DNA of 64,000 nt from an uncultured Acidobacteriota bacterium (GCA_963820905.1 CAWGBU010000002.1:366144-430143), one strand, 5' to 3'. Numbered from the stretch's first letter, positions 10,564-20,503 are shown. Numbers and translations: made by a program. Notes: generated from the sequence alone by a model not told the origin.

Positions 10564-11505
10564 TCAGGCCGCGGGTCTGAGCGGCGGGAGTACGGCTTCG
10601 ATGCGGCTCCGCGCGGGCTCGAGCCATGGCGGCAGCACGAGCGACTCGCCCAGGTGCTCGCGATCCTCGTCGACCGCGAAACCGGGGCCGTCCGTCGCCA
10701 GCTCGAAGAGCACGCCGCCCGGCTCCTTGAAGTAGACCGACTTGAACCAGAATCGATCGATGACGGGCGTCGCCTGCGCCCCGCCGGACTCGACCTGCGC
10801 GCGCACCGCGAGCTGATGCAGGTCGTCGTCCACGCGCCACGCGAGATGATGAACGCTGCCGACGCCCCACGCGCCGCGGCGTTCCTCGGCCGCCTCGCGG
10901 ACGTCCACGACCCCGGCGCCGTCGGCGAAACCGTAGCGCGTCCATCCGTTCTCTTCGGCGATGCGCTCGAAGCCGAGCACCGCCGTCAGGAACTCGGTGG
11001 TCGGCGCCAGGCTCCGTTCCCAGATCTGCGCGCCGTACAGTCCTCGCACCTGACGTTCGGGCTCGACGGTGCTGTGCTGCCACGGCGAGAATTTCTGCCG
11101 CTTCGAACGCGATGGTTCCACGAGCGCGAGCCGCAGCCCGTGCGGATCGACGAGCGGCAGCACGCGATCGCCGAAGCGCGTTTCGGCCGCACTGACGCGG
11201 GCCTCGTACTTCTGGAGCCGCTGTCCCCAGAAGTCGAGGCTGCCGGCCGGCACTTCGAGCGCGACTTCCACCGCCAGCCCGTGTCCGATGCGGGGCGGCG
11301 CCATCTGCGCCCACGGGAAGAACGTGAGGTCGGTGCCGGGCGATCCTTCCGCGTCCGCGTAGAACAGGTGATAGGTGCCGGGATCGTCCTGGTTGACGCT
11401 TTTCTTGACGAGCCGCATGCCGAGCACGCCGCTGTAGAAGTCGAGGTTCTCCTGCGCGGGACCGGAGATCGCCGTGATGTGGTGCAGCCCGTTGACGCTC
11501 CGCAT
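10564..11505 (-). CDS. Ring-cleaving dioxygenase of the VOC/glyoxalase superfamily, with two VOC domains
   Basis: The 313-aa ORF begins MRSVNGLHHITAISGPAQENLDFYSGVLGMRLVKK... and carries a second VOC module. This is the MhqO/YfiE-like architecture. Confidence 0.75.
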   Translation of the reverse strand: MRSVNGLHHITAISGPAQENLDFYSGVLGMRLVKKSVNQDDPGTYHLFYADAEGSPGTDLTFFPWAQMAPPRIGHGLAVEVALEVPAGSLDFWGQRLQKYEARVSAAETRFGDRVLPLVDPHGLRLALVEPSRSKRQKFSPWQHSTVEPERQVRGLYGAQIWERSLAPTTEFLTAVLGFERIAEENGWTRYGFADGAGVVDVREAAEERRGAWGVGSVHHLAWRVDDDLHQLAVRAQVESGGAQATPVIDRFWFKSVYFKEPGGVLFELATDGPGFAVDEDREHLGESLVLPPWLEPARSRIEAVLPPLRPAA

Positions 11506-11534
11506 GAGGGGATCTTAGATCGGCTTTCAGAACT

Positions 11535-11559
11535 GCTGTAGTGTCCGGCTTCAGCCGGA
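11535..11559. repeat. REP-like hairpin element
   Basis: ctgtagtgtccggcttcagccggac. Confidence 0.8.
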
Positions 11560-13098
11560 CCTCACCCACCGGGCTTTTTGATCAGCCTGTCCAGGAAGCC
11601 CTTCAGTTCGTCCTTCGCCCTGTTGCGAAACGCGCGGCCGAGCGCGGCCTGCACGTCGATGAATACCGTAGGGCGACCCGACGGTCCCGTTGATCGTCGC
11701 CGGGAGCACGATGCGCTCCCCTTCGCGCGCGAGCCTGTACAGGTCGCGTCCGGCCTGCGCGCTGAGCTCCTTCGAGAGGACGACGTCCGTGCGAAAGGCG
11801 ATTGCCTTCGAGGCGAGCGAGAGGTTGCCCCGGCCGGTCATGTCGAGATCCCGCGATTCGAACACCAGGTCGCTCGTGGAGAGCCGCGGCCCGTCGATCG
11901 CGAGCGTCGCGGCGATCCGGTTGAACGCTTCGCCGGATCCTGCGGGGCGCTCGCCAGTCGACCTGCCGAAGGCGAGCACGACGCTCCGGACGATTTCGAG
12001 GCCGGGGATGCGGCCGTCCGTGGCCCTGACGCGCGCCGAGCCGCGCGCGTCGCGAATGGCCTCGGCGGGATCGGTACCTGGCGCGCCGAGGCTGATCGTG
12101 CCCGCGAGCCGTCCGGTGATCGAGCCGGGTGCTCCAGCGAACTCGGTCAGCTTCGGCACGTCGACGTTGTCGAAGCTGCCCTTCCACTCGTAGCGGCCGG
12201 CGTTGAGCGCGCCGCGGAAGGCCGCCGATCCCGTGTAGTTCCCGCCGAAGACGCCCATTCGCAGATCGTCGAGCAGCACGTCGCTGCCCCGCGCGCGAGC
12301 GGTGGCGCTCATGTCGGTGAGCCCGACGCCGAGCGCCCTGCCCTGCCGCGCGCGAATCCGTATCTCGACGTCGAGCGGCACGCGGACCGGAGGCGCCGCG
12401 CTCGCGGCAGACGGACGCGCCGCGCCGGCGGGCGTCGCCGCCGCGAGAAACGCCATCACCCCGTCGAGATCCAGCGTCTGCGCATCGACCGTGAACGTTC
12501 CGGTCCGCTTCGCGACGCTGGCGAGCTCGCCCGACGCCGTGAACGTCGAGGCATCCGACGCGCCGCGCATCTCGCGGATCACGAGGCGGTCGCCGCCGGT
12601 GAACGACCCGTCCAGGTTCACCAGCAGGGCGCGGTCGCCGGCCATCAGCGTCACGTCGCGCAGCGCGATCGTGCGAACGGAATCAACCGTGAGCGCGTAC
12701 GACGACGGCGCAGCCGGCGGTTTCGCTCCCGGCGCTTCGCCTGCCATGGCCGCCATGAGCGCGAGCGCCCAGCGCACGTCGATCCGGCTCTCCTCGACCG
12801 AGACGTCCGCCTCCTCGACGCGGCGCCGCACGAGCGCGCGGAGGCCCGTCGCGAGCCGGACGCGTTCGATCCGGACCTCGCGCGAGGAACCGATGGCGAT
12901 GCCGTCGAGGTCGAGGCTGACGCGGGGGAAGAACCGCGGGCTCGCGGTCCGAATCGTCACGGGCTGCCCGAGCGCAATCGTCGCCTGCGATTCGATCGCC
13001 GCCTTGATGCGATCGCCGCCGAGCGCGATGCGCACCGCGATCGCGAGCAGCGCCGCGAGAACGGCAATCACCCCGAGAAGGATCAGGAGACGCTTCAT
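11551..13098 (-). CDS. AsmA-family outer-membrane assembly protein
   Basis: The start MKRLLILLGVIAVLAALLAIAVRIA (ATG reverse complement at 13096-13098) overlaps the stop of the upstream deacetylase. An N-terminal TM helix is followed by an AsmA-like beta-rich domain. Confidence 0.6.
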   Translation of the reverse strand: MKRLLILLGVIAVLAALLAIAVRIALGGDRIKAAIESQATIALGQPVTIRTASPRFFPRVSLDLDGIAIGSSREVRIERVRLATGLRALVRRRVEEADVSVEESRIDVRWALALMAAMAGEAPGAKPPAAPSSYALTVDSVRTIALRDVTLMAGDRALLVNLDGSFTGGDRLVIREMRGASDASTFTASGELASVAKRTGTFTVDAQTLDLDGVMAFLAAATPAGAARPSAASAAPPVRVPLDVEIRIRARQGRALGVGLTDMSATARARGSDVLLDDLRMGVFGGNYTGSAAFRGALNAGRYEWKGSFDNVDVPKLTEFAGAPGSITGRLAGTISLGAPGTDPAEAIRDARGSARVRATDGRIPGLEIVRSVVLAFGRSTGERPAGSGEAFNRIAATLAIDGPRLSTSDLVFESRDLDMTGRGNLSLASKAIAFRTDVVLSKELSAQAGRDLYRLAREGERIVLPATINGTVGSPYGIHRRAGRARPRVSQQGEGRTEGLPGQADQKARWVRSG

Positions 13099-13844
13099 GA
13101 CGTCGAGAAATGGGACGACTGGAGTGACGGATCGCAGAGACGCCCGAACGAGAAACCCTGCGATCGAAGCGCCGGCGCCAGGAGCCGCACGGTCTCCGCC
13201 GCATGGCGGCGATCGGCGCGCGGGTTGGCGTGGTGCCCGTCGTGGATGACGACGATGTCGCCGGCGGAGGCCTTGCGGGCGAGCCGGCTGGCGGTGCGGT
13301 CGCCGCGAGGCGTCCGCCACCAGCTCCAGTCCCACATGCCCCAGCTCCAGCCGGCGAGGCGGTAGCCGATGCGATCGAGGCCCTCGTACATCGACGCGCT
13401 GCGCCATCCGCCGTGCGGGCGGAACAACCTGCACGGCTCGACGCCCGCGATCGACGTGATGCGATCGGCGGCGTTCCGCAGGCGCGCCGCGAGCGCGTCG
13501 GGCGGCATGATCATCAGCTGCCGCGTGCCGCTGTGCAGCCCGATGGCATGGCCCTCGTCCGCTATCCGCTTGACGATCGGCGCGGTCTCCGCCGTGATGT
13601 GCTCGTCTATCAGAAAGAACGTCGCCGCGATCTTCTCCTGCTGCAGCGCGTCCAGGAGCGCCGGCGTCCACTCCGGGTTCGGCCCATCGTCGAACGTCAG
13701 GTAGATCCGCGGCGGCGTTCCGGCCGGAGCGGCAATCCGCCAGACCGACTTCGACGGCCGGAACGCTTCCAGCAGGAACGGCGCGGGCGCCGTGTGCGAG
13801 AGCACCGCGGCGCCGGCGATGACGAGCACGAGGAGGACGATCAC
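13095..13844 (-). CDS. Polysaccharide deacetylase (NodB/CE4 family)
   Basis: YLTFDDGP motif and other CE4 histidine motifs; 249 aa. Confidence 0.8.
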   Translation of the reverse strand: MIVLLVLVIAGAAVLSHTAPAPFLLEAFRPSKSVWRIAAPAGTPPRIYLTFDDGPNPEWTPALLDALQQEKIAATFFLIDEHITAETAPIVKRIADEGHAIGLHSGTRQLMIMPPDALAARLRNAADRITSIAGVEPCRLFRPHGGWRSASMYEGLDRIGYRLAGWSWGMWDWSWWRTPRGDRTASRLARKASAGDIVVIHDGHHANPRADRRHAAETVRLLAPALRSQGFSFGRLCDPSLQSSHFSTS

Positions 13845-13845
13845 A

Positions 13846-14205
13846 TCAGGCAGTCGCTTTCGTGCGCCCGTACCGCTGCGTCGCGTACCCGACGATCAGG
13901 CCGACCACGCATCCCGGCAGCATGATCTGCCACCAGTAATGCGTGCCGTCCGGCTGCGGCATCGCCGCGACCAGGAACGCGAAGAACCCGCTGATGGCGA
14001 TGCCCGCAAGGATGCAGGCCTGAAGCGATCGCACGCGCGTGGCGACCCACCCGATCAGCGCGCCCGCGACAACGCCCTTGAACGTCGATCCGATCACGAT
14101 GCCGAGAATTCCAGGCGCAACCTCCGGCGCCGACAAAAGCGCGCTGAGACCGTCGAAGATGCCGAGCACGCCGCCAAGGACAAGACCCAACACTGGTTTG
14201 CTCAT
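13846..14205 (-). CDS. Small integral membrane protein, function unknown
   Basis: 119-aa ORF with 3-4 predicted TM helices. It heads the deacetylase/AsmA operon. Confidence 0.4.
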   Translation of the reverse strand: MSKPVLGLVLGGVLGIFDGLSALLSAPEVAPGILGIVIGSTFKGVVAGALIGWVATRVRSLQACILAGIAISGFFAFLVAAMPQPDGTHYWWQIMLPGCVVGLIVGYATQRYGRTKATA

Positions 14206-14263
14206 CTCGATCCCTCCAACGTGCTATTACCCGCCGGTCGCGGAATCTATCGTCTGTCGCCGG

Positions 14264-14322
14264 GTCCGGCTGAAGCCGGACACTACAGCGGTCTCGGGTC
14301 CTGCTGAAGCCGGACGCTACAG
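14264..14322. repeat. Two copies of the REP-like hairpin element 3' of the kinase gene
   Basis: gtccggctgaagccggacactacag and gtcctgctgaagccggacgctacag. Confidence 0.75.
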
Positions 14323-14331
14323 GGGCCGCGT

Positions 14332-15389
14332 TCACCAACCGGCGAACACTGCCACGGCCGTCCGCATGACGATATAGGCCAGCACGAGCAGGATGGGCGT
14401 GCGGTACGCCCGCGCGATGCGGACGCCGCGCTCGATCGCGGTCTCCCTGTACGCACCCACCGCGCCGCCGGCACGATACCGCGCGATGTCCTCGCCGAGC
14501 GCCGCCACGCTCTGATAGCGCGCGCCGGGATCGCCCGCGATCGCCTTGACGCAGATCGCCGCCAAGCGGCCGCGGCACGTGATGCTCACGGAGAACGCCA
14601 CCCGGCTCGCCGGCCGGCGGGAGCTGATCGGTGAGCAGCAAAAACAAGATCACCCCCAACCCATACACATCCGCGCGAACGTCTATCTCCGCGGCGCCAC
14701 TGGCCTGCTCCGGCGCCATGAACCCACGGGTACCGATCACCATCCCGTCCGCAGTCTGAGATCGACCGTCGACTGTGACTGCCGACTGTGACCGTCGACT
14801 GCCGACTGTCGACCGGGACGTCGACCGTCGACTGTGACTGCCGACTGAGACTCTCGACTCCCGACTGTCGACCGTCGACTGTCTTTGCGGCCCCCCAGTC
14901 CATCACCATCACTTCGCCGAACGCACCGACCATCACGTTGTCGGGCTTCAGGTCCCTGTGGATCACGCCATGCGCGTGCGCGAACGCCACCGGATCGCAG
15001 ATCCGCTCGAACACGCGCAGCCGCGCGGCGAGGTCCGACACCTCCGTCAGGTAGTCGCGAAGCGTCCGCCCTTCGACGCGCTTCATGACGTAGAAGAGCC
15101 GGCCGTCCGCCAGCCGGCCGGCATCGTGAATCGGCACGATCCCCGGGTGCTCGAGCCGCGCCAGCGCGCGCGCCTCGAGCTGCAGCCGGCGATCCAGCGC
15201 TTCGCCGTCGAGGCTGTTGGGAATCTTGATTGCCACGTCGCGCCCGAGGACTTCGTCGCGCGCGAGGAAGACCGTCCCCATTCCGCCGCGTCCGATCTCC
15301 TCCACCACCGAGTAGCGGCCCGACTCGAACTCGGGCCAGTTCCCGATGCTGCGAAGCCGGCCGATCGCCCGATCGGAGAGGCCGCTCAC
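14332..15389 (-). pseudogene. Ser/Thr protein kinase (Hanks-type), disrupted by a hexamer-repeat insertion in the activation loop plus two frame changes
   Basis: The GTG start overlaps the sigma stop. The N-lobe reads (EEIGRGGMGTVFLARDEV...VAIKI), then HRDLKPDNVMV and DWGAAK. The 125-bp (CGACTG)n array then interrupts. GTRGFMAPEQ and the following C-lobe are in a second frame, and the C-terminal DPGARYQSVAALGEDIARY is in a third. The codon phases run 2, 1, 0. Confidence 0.7.
14756..14880. repeat. Tandem hexamer array (CGACTG/TGACTG)n inside the kinase coding region
   Basis: cgaccgtcgactgtgactgccgactgtgaccgtcgactgccgactgtcgac...cgactgagactctcgactcccgactgtcgaccgtcgactgtc. Confidence 0.85.
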
Positions 15390-16123
15390 TCGACCTCCAG
15401 GCCGAACAGCTCGCGCGCTTCGCGGCGGAACTCTTCGTTGCTGCCGCACAACCCGCGGAGGCTGGCCAGCGCACGGTCGCGAAACCGGCGGCGGACCTGT
15501 GCCAGCGTATTGGTCACCTGCGCTGTCGTCAGGCCGAATTCCGCGGCAAGCTGCGCGTAGCTCACGCCCTCGGCGGGATCGAGATCGTAACGCTCGAAGA
15601 GCGTGAAGTGCGTCGGGCGCCCGCTGTCCTCGTACTCGGCGCGGAGCTGACGGACGGCGCTGTCGAACAGCGCGCGCACGAACTCCTGGTGGAAGAACGC
15701 CTCGGGCTCGGGCTGCGTCGTGAGCTGGGCGGCGACCTCGCGCTCGGCGCCTTCGAAATCGAGCGGCACGGTGCGGGCGCCGCCGCCGCGTTTGAGGCGG
15801 GAGGCGGACTGCCGCATGTTCATCACGAAACGATCGGCGCACACGCGCACGAACGTGCGGAACTTCGCCTTCGCCGGCTCGTACTTCTCGAGCCACGATT
15901 TCTGGAACGCGTCCGCGAAGAACGCCTGCGTGAGATCCTGCGCGTCCTCGGACTCGAGGCGCCAGGTGATTCGGAGGTGCTTGTACACCGGCTTCCAGTA
16001 GCCCTCGACCAGGTCGCCGAACGCCTCCCGGCGCGCCTCCGGATCGACGTCGCGCATCCGCTCGATCACGGAGTGCCGCGTCGCGGGAAACCCGCCCGGC
16101 GAATGCGCGTCACCTGCACTCAT
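15386..16123 (-). CDS. Sigma-70 family (ECF-like) sigma factor, translationally coupled to the Ser/Thr kinase
   Basis: The 245-aa ORF has region 2 (DLVEGYWKPVYKHLRITW...DLTQAFFADAF) and region 4 (SYAQLAAEFGLTTAQVTNTLAQVRRRF). Its TGA stop overlaps the GTG start of the kinase. Confidence 0.8.
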   Translation of the reverse strand: MSAGDAHSPGGFPATRHSVIERMRDVDPEARREAFGDLVEGYWKPVYKHLRITWRLESEDAQDLTQAFFADAFQKSWLEKYEPAKAKFRTFVRVCADRFVMNMRQSASRLKRGGGARTVPLDFEGAEREVAAQLTTQPEPEAFFHQEFVRALFDSAVRQLRAEYEDSGRPTHFTLFERYDLDPAEGVSYAQLAAEFGLTTAQVTNTLAQVRRRFRDRALASLRGLCGSNEEFRREARELFGLEVE

Positions 16124-16195
16124 GACTCTGGACTCTGGATTTGAACCTTGAACCCTGAACCTTGAACCCTGAACCTTGAACCCTGAACCGCGCCA
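16124..16195. repeat. Tandem hexamer array (TGAACC)n in a divergent promoter region; inverse of the 6143-6202 array
   Basis: tggatttgaaccttgaaccctgaaccttgaaccctgaaccttgaaccctgaacc. Confidence 0.85.
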
Positions 16196-16233
16196 TCTGG
16201 ACCGCGATCATAACCCCGCTGTATGCTGCGGCA

Positions 16234-17163
16234 ATGGCGACCGGTCAGCTCGACGCGAAGATCGATGAGCTCTATCAGGGGCCGCCCGAGGCATTCACCG
16301 AGGCGCGCAACGCGCTGGCGAAGGAGTACGGGAAGGACGGGGCGGAGATCCGGCGCCTGCAGAAGCCTCCCGCGGCGGCGTGGGCGATCAACATGGTGTA
16401 CTGGCAGCGGCGCGCCGCGTACGACGCGCTGATGGCGGCAGCATCCTCACTGCGAGCGGCGCACACCGCCGTGCTCGCCGGGAAGCGCGCCGACCTGCGC
16501 GCCGCAGGAAAGGCCCACGAGGACGCGTTCGAGGCGTTCCTCAAGACCGCGCTCGCGCTGCTCGCAGCCGCGGGGCAGCCCGCCAGCGACGGGACGAAGC
16601 AGGCGATCGCGAATACGCTGCGCGCGCTGCCCTCGTCGAGCGAACGTCCGGGACGGCTCTCGCAGACGCTCCAGCCTGGAGGCTTCGAGCTCCTGGCCGG
16701 CCTTCCTGCGGGCGGCGCGGTTCAGCGTCCGCCCAAACCGTCTCCGTCTCCTCGACCCGCTCCCGCGTCGCGCGCAACACCGGCAGCAGAGTCGCGCGCT
16801 GAACAGGCGGAGCACGCCAAGGCGATCGCCAGGGCGAAGGACGCGGCCGCCGAAGCAGCGCGAGCCGAGAAGGCCGCGGATCAGAACGCGCGCCGCGAAG
16901 AGTTCGAGGCCGCGCGCGCCGCGCGCGACTCGGAGCGCGCCGAACGGTCCCTCGCGGAAGCGCGCGCCGCGCTCGACGCGGCGCAGCTGGCTGTCGACGA
17001 TGCCCAGGAAGCGGCGACTGCGGCGCTGAGAAAGAAAGAGGCCGCGGGCCGCCGGGTCCGCGAGAGCGCCGACGCACTTGCGCGTGCGCGCGTGAAGACG
17101 CAGACCGCGCAGGCCGAGCTCGCGCGCGTCGACGGTACCTCCGCGCGGAGACGAGGCCGATAA
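16234..17163 (+). CDS. Hypothetical Ala/Arg/Glu-rich protein with a probable coiled-coil C-terminus
   Basis: Uninterrupted 309-aa ORF with consistent codon usage. No recognisable domain. Confidence 0.4.
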   Translation: MATGQLDAKIDELYQGPPEAFTEARNALAKEYGKDGAEIRRLQKPPAAAWAINMVYWQRRAAYDALMAAASSLRAAHTAVLAGKRADLRAAGKAHEDAFEAFLKTALALLAAAGQPASDGTKQAIANTLRALPSSSERPGRLSQTLQPGGFELLAGLPAGGAVQRPPKPSPSPRPAPASRATPAAESRAEQAEHAKAIARAKDAAAEAARAEKAADQNARREEFEAARAARDSERAERSLAEARAALDAAQLAVDDAQEAATAALRKKEAAGRRVRESADALARARVKTQTAQAELARVDGTSARRRGR

Positions 17164-17168
17164 GATCC

Positions 17169-17492
17169 TCAGCCCGCGATCTTCTTCTCCAGCCTGCACA
17201 CGAAGAACACGTACATCGCAGGGATCAGCAGGCCGATGTGGACCGCGTTGAGTGAAACCGCGGAAACCATCCGCCCCCACACGAGCAGCACGGCCCCCGC
17301 GATCACCGACGCGACCCAGACGTTCCACTTGTCGGTCGATGCCAGCGCCACGGCCGGCGCCGCGATCCCCAGCGCGACGAGAGCCTGCGCCTGACGTCCG
17401 GCCTGCAGCAGACCGGAATCGAGCGCCTGCAGTCCGCCAACCACCACCGTCAACATCGCCCAGAGCAGTCTGTTGGTCATCATGCGAACCAC
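17169..17492 (-). CDS. Small membrane protein, unknown function
   Basis: 107 aa with 3 predicted TM helices. Confidence 0.35.
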   Translation of the reverse strand: MVRMMTNRLLWAMLTVVVGGLQALDSGLLQAGRQAQALVALGIAAPAVALASTDKWNVWVASVIAGAVLLVWGRMVSAVSLNAVHIGLLIPAMYVFFVCRLEKKIAG

Positions 17493-17567
17493 TCTGGCAG
17501 AGCGTGGACGGCGCGATCGGCGCCGGACGATGAGCGGTCAAATTGGCTGATGAATGGCGGAAAAGGC

Positions 17568-18335
17568 TCAGCCGAGCGCCTGCCGTACGTCTGCCGCGCG
17601 CCGCCGGCTCACGTGCACGCTGACGCCTCCGGCGAGCGTCAGCGTCGCCGATCCGTCGCCGTTGCTGACGATGCCCTGCACGTGCTCGAGATTGACGAGA
17701 TCCGAACGGCTCACGCGCACGAACGTCGCGCCCAGCCGCTCCTCCAGCTCTCCAAGCGTGTAGTCCGCGACTGGCTGCTCGGTGCGCGTGTGCGCGTGCG
17801 TGAGGCCGTCCGCTGACGTGAACCTGATCACGTCGCGCACCGCGAGCAGCCGGTGCCCCGCGCCATGGCGAACGAGGATCCGCGCCGGACGCACGCGCTC
17901 GTGCGCGAGCGCGGATCCCATCTTCTCGAGCGGCGCGCCGTGCCAGAGCCCCGCGCGCTCGAGCGTCGCGAGCCGGATCCGTGCGCGCTCGAGGGCCTGC
18001 GACAGGCGCTCCCTGCTGACCGGCTTCACCACGTAGTCGAGGGCCTGGTGTTCGAACGCCTGCAGCGCGTACTCGTGATACGCCGTCTGGAAGATGACGA
18101 GCGGCCGCGGATCGGGCAGATGGCGCACGACGTCGAGCCCGTCGACTTCGGGCATCGCGATGTCGAGAAGGATCACGTCGGGCTGCCGTTCCTTCACGAG
18201 CTCCAGCGCGGTCATGCCATCGGGCGCTTCGCCGACGATCTCCACGCGCGATTCCTCGTGCGCGCCGATCTCCTCCAGCATCGACGCCAGGCGCCGCCTC
18301 GCGTGCGCCTCGTCGTCCACGATGAGGACCTTCAT
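17568..18335 (-). CDS. LytR/AlgR-family response regulator (REC plus LytTR DNA-binding domain)
   Basis: MKVLIVDDE...ILLDIAMPEVDGLDVV is the REC domain. A C-terminal LytTR region follows. The start overlaps the kinase stop. Confidence 0.85.
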   Translation of the reverse strand: MKVLIVDDEAHARRRLASMLEEIGAHEESRVEIVGEAPDGMTALELVKERQPDVILLDIAMPEVDGLDVVRHLPDPRPLVIFQTAYHEYALQAFEHQALDYVVKPVSRERLSQALERARIRLATLERAGLWHGAPLEKMGSALAHERVRPARILVRHGAGHRLLAVRDVIRFTSADGLTHAHTRTEQPVADYTLGELEERLGATFVRVSRSDLVNLEHVQGIVSNGDGSATLTLAGGVSVHVSRRRAADVRQALG

Positions 18336-19423
18336 GGCGTCGCCGACGGAATCGTCAGCGTGACGTGCGCGCCGTCTGCGCCGGATGCGATCTCGAGGCT
18401 CGCCCGCTCTCCATACAACGCGTGAAGGCGTTCCCGCAGGTTTCCCAGGCCCGTTCCTTCGGACCACTTCACCGGGAAGCCCGCGCCGTCGTCGTCGACG
18501 CGCACGGTGAGCATCGCTCCGCTCTTGACGGTGATTCGAATGGTTCCACCCTCGAGGCGCGCGCCGAGGCCATGGCGAAGCGCGTTCTCGACCAGAGGCT
18601 GGAGCACGAGCGGAGGCAGCGCGTACGGGATCGCTCGCGAATCGACGTCCCAGATCACGTGAAGGCGATCTCCCAGGCGCTCCTGTTCGAGGCTCAGGTA
18701 GGCGCGGACATATTCGATCTCGTCGCCGACGGTGCCGCCGCTCCCGGCGGATCGCTGCAGCGTCCGCCGCAGGACGTCCGAGAGATTCTCGACGACGCGC
18801 TCGGCGGCCGACGGGTTCGAGCGGACGACCGCGGCGACCGTGTTGAGGGCGTTGAAGAGGAAGTGCGGATTCATGCGGGCCTGCAGCGCCGCAAGCTGAG
18901 CCGCGGACGCACGGCTCCGCGCGTCCGCCGCGAGCGCCGCCTGCTCGGTCGCATGCTGGTAGAGCGTGCGCGCCGAGCCCGTGACGGTCCTGGCGGCAAA
19001 GAGGAGCATGGCCGTGTAGGCAAGCAGCGCCACGACGGCGAGAAACAGCTCCGCGCCGAGCATCGCGCGGACGACCACGAGCGCAGCGGCGGCGGCGAGC
19101 GCCACGCCGGACGCAAAGCCAAGCGCGGGCAGCGCGATCAGCACCTGCTCGAGCGCCACGGCGTCTTCTGCAGTACGGCGCGGGTGCCGATTCGCGCTGT
19201 CGCCAATGGTCCGCTGCAGGGTATGCGCGGTGCCAAGCAGCGCCACGCCCGACACGCCAAAGAACGTACTCAGGAATTCCGCGACGCCGCCCGCCCCGGC
19301 GGCATTCCTGCTGTCCCACAGCTGGAGGATGACCATGCATGCCCAGAATGCAGCCATCCATCGGATTTGACGACGGATATCCGGGCTTGCGTACGTAACC
19401 GCGTCACGAACGATTGGCCACAT
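18332..19423 (-). CDS. LytS/YehU-type sensor histidine kinase
   Basis: A multi-TM N-terminus is followed by the His_kinase box NPHFLFNALNTV and HATPase_c motifs (GTGLGNLRERL). The start was chosen at MWPIV (ATG reverse complement at 19421-19423). Confidence 0.8.
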   Translation of the reverse strand: MWPIVRDAVTYASPDIRRQIRWMAAFWACMVILQLWDSRNAAGAGGVAEFLSTFFGVSGVALLGTAHTLQRTIGDSANRHPRRTAEDAVALEQVLIALPALGFASGVALAAAAALVVVRAMLGAELFLAVVALLAYTAMLLFAARTVTGSARTLYQHATEQAALAADARSRASAAQLAALQARMNPHFLFNALNTVAAVVRSNPSAAERVVENLSDVLRRTLQRSAGSGGTVGDEIEYVRAYLSLEQERLGDRLHVIWDVDSRAIPYALPPLVLQPLVENALRHGLGARLEGGTIRITVKSGAMLTVRVDDDGAGFPVKWSEGTGLGNLRERLHALYGERASLEIASGADGAHVTLTIPSATP

Positions 19424-19573
19424 CGCCGACAAGATACGGTAAAAACGGGCCAACCATAGCAAAAACCACAGGAAACACGCGAATTCCGTGGTTGGACGGC
19501 TGTGCAGGGGCCCGGCCGGGAAGTCGGCACAAGGCTTGAAACAGAGTCTTAGAAGACCTCGGCCATAGCGCAA

Positions 19574-20503
19574 ATGCCCCAGAAAACTGGAGTCACGATA
19601 CTCAACTCGAACATGCCTCGGACTCTAGACGAGCTGCGCGACTGGATCAGGGCCAATCTCAATATCGATCTGCAGGTGGAGCTCGATCTGCTGTCGGCCG
19701 TCGACTCGGTGCTCAGCCGGCAGCGGCAGCTCGTCGAGGAGTCGAAGCGCGACGCGATCCAGGCGCTCTCGGAGGGGTTCACGACCAAACTCGACAAGCT
19801 CCAGAGCCAGCTCACGGAGAAGGAGGCGACCGTCAGCAACATCGCGCGGTATTTCGAGGAGGTCGTCGCGGAGCTGACCGAGAAATCGCATCGCGATCCG
19901 AAGACCAAGCTCCTGAACTTCAACTGGTTCATGGAGCGGGTCGAGTCGTACCTCGCCGTCGAGCAGCGCGCCCGCTGGTGCAGCGTGGGCGTCGTGGACA
20001 TCACGAGCTTCAAGCGCTACAACGACACGCTCGGTCATGCCGTCGGCGATCTGATCATCGAGCGCGTCGCGCAGATCCTGTCGGACCAGATCCGCTCGGC
20101 CGACTTCCTCGCCGTGGAGCGCACGAACGACGCGCGCGACCTGCACGCCCGCTTCGGCGGCGACGAGTTCTGCTTCCTGATCCCGCAGCTGCCCGGCTGC
20201 GTGGAGGCGAAGGAGATCGCCGAGCGCTTCAAGCAGGCCGTCGAGCGTCACGACTGGGCGAACGAGGACGAACGGCTCACCGATCACCCCGTCAAGGTCG
20301 ACGTCGGCGTCGTCTGCCTCCGGCTCGGGCCGATCGCCGAGCGCCGCGGCGCCGCGCGGCAGCTCGCGGCGGACCTCATTCAGAGCGCGGACATGCTGAT
20401 GTACCAGGCGAAGAGCCGGCAGTCGGAGTCGGTCTACGCCACCGCCGTCGCCGTCCGCGACGGGAAACTCGTCGACATAACCGGCACGGGCATCAGGGGT
20501 TAG
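19574..20503 (+). CDS. Diguanylate cyclase (GGDEF domain) with an N-terminal coiled coil
   Basis: RFGGDEFCFL active-site motif. The start may instead be M14 (19613). Confidence 0.8.
   Translation: MPQKTGVTILNSNMPRTLDELRDWIRANLNIDLQVELDLLSAVDSVLSRQRQLVEESKRDAIQALSEGFTTKLDKLQSQLTEKEATVSNIARYFEEVVAELTEKSHRDPKTKLLNFNWFMERVESYLAVEQRARWCSVGVVDITSFKRYNDTLGHAVGDLIIERVAQILSDQIRSADFLAVERTNDARDLHARFGGDEFCFLIPQLPGCVEAKEIAERFKQAVERHDWANEDERLTDHPVKVDVGVVCLRLGPIAERRGAARQLAADLIQSADMLMYQAKSRQSESVYATAVAVRDGKLVDITGTGIRG

Noticed and set aside
8932-11541. 869-aa plus-strand ORF spanning the beta-lactamase, TVP38 and VOC loci
   Set aside because: Runs out of frame or antisense across three well-supported genes. 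Low-complexity Arg/Gly/Asp composition.
10175-11569. 464-aa minus-strand ORF overlapping the VOC dioxygenase in another frame
   Set aside because: Arg-rich low-complexity; the dioxygenase frame carries the conserved motifs.
14756-14880. Possible CRISPR array (regular short repeats)
   Set aside because: Repeat unit is only 6 bp, with no unique spacers and no cas genes. These are tandem simple-sequence repeats, not CRISPR.
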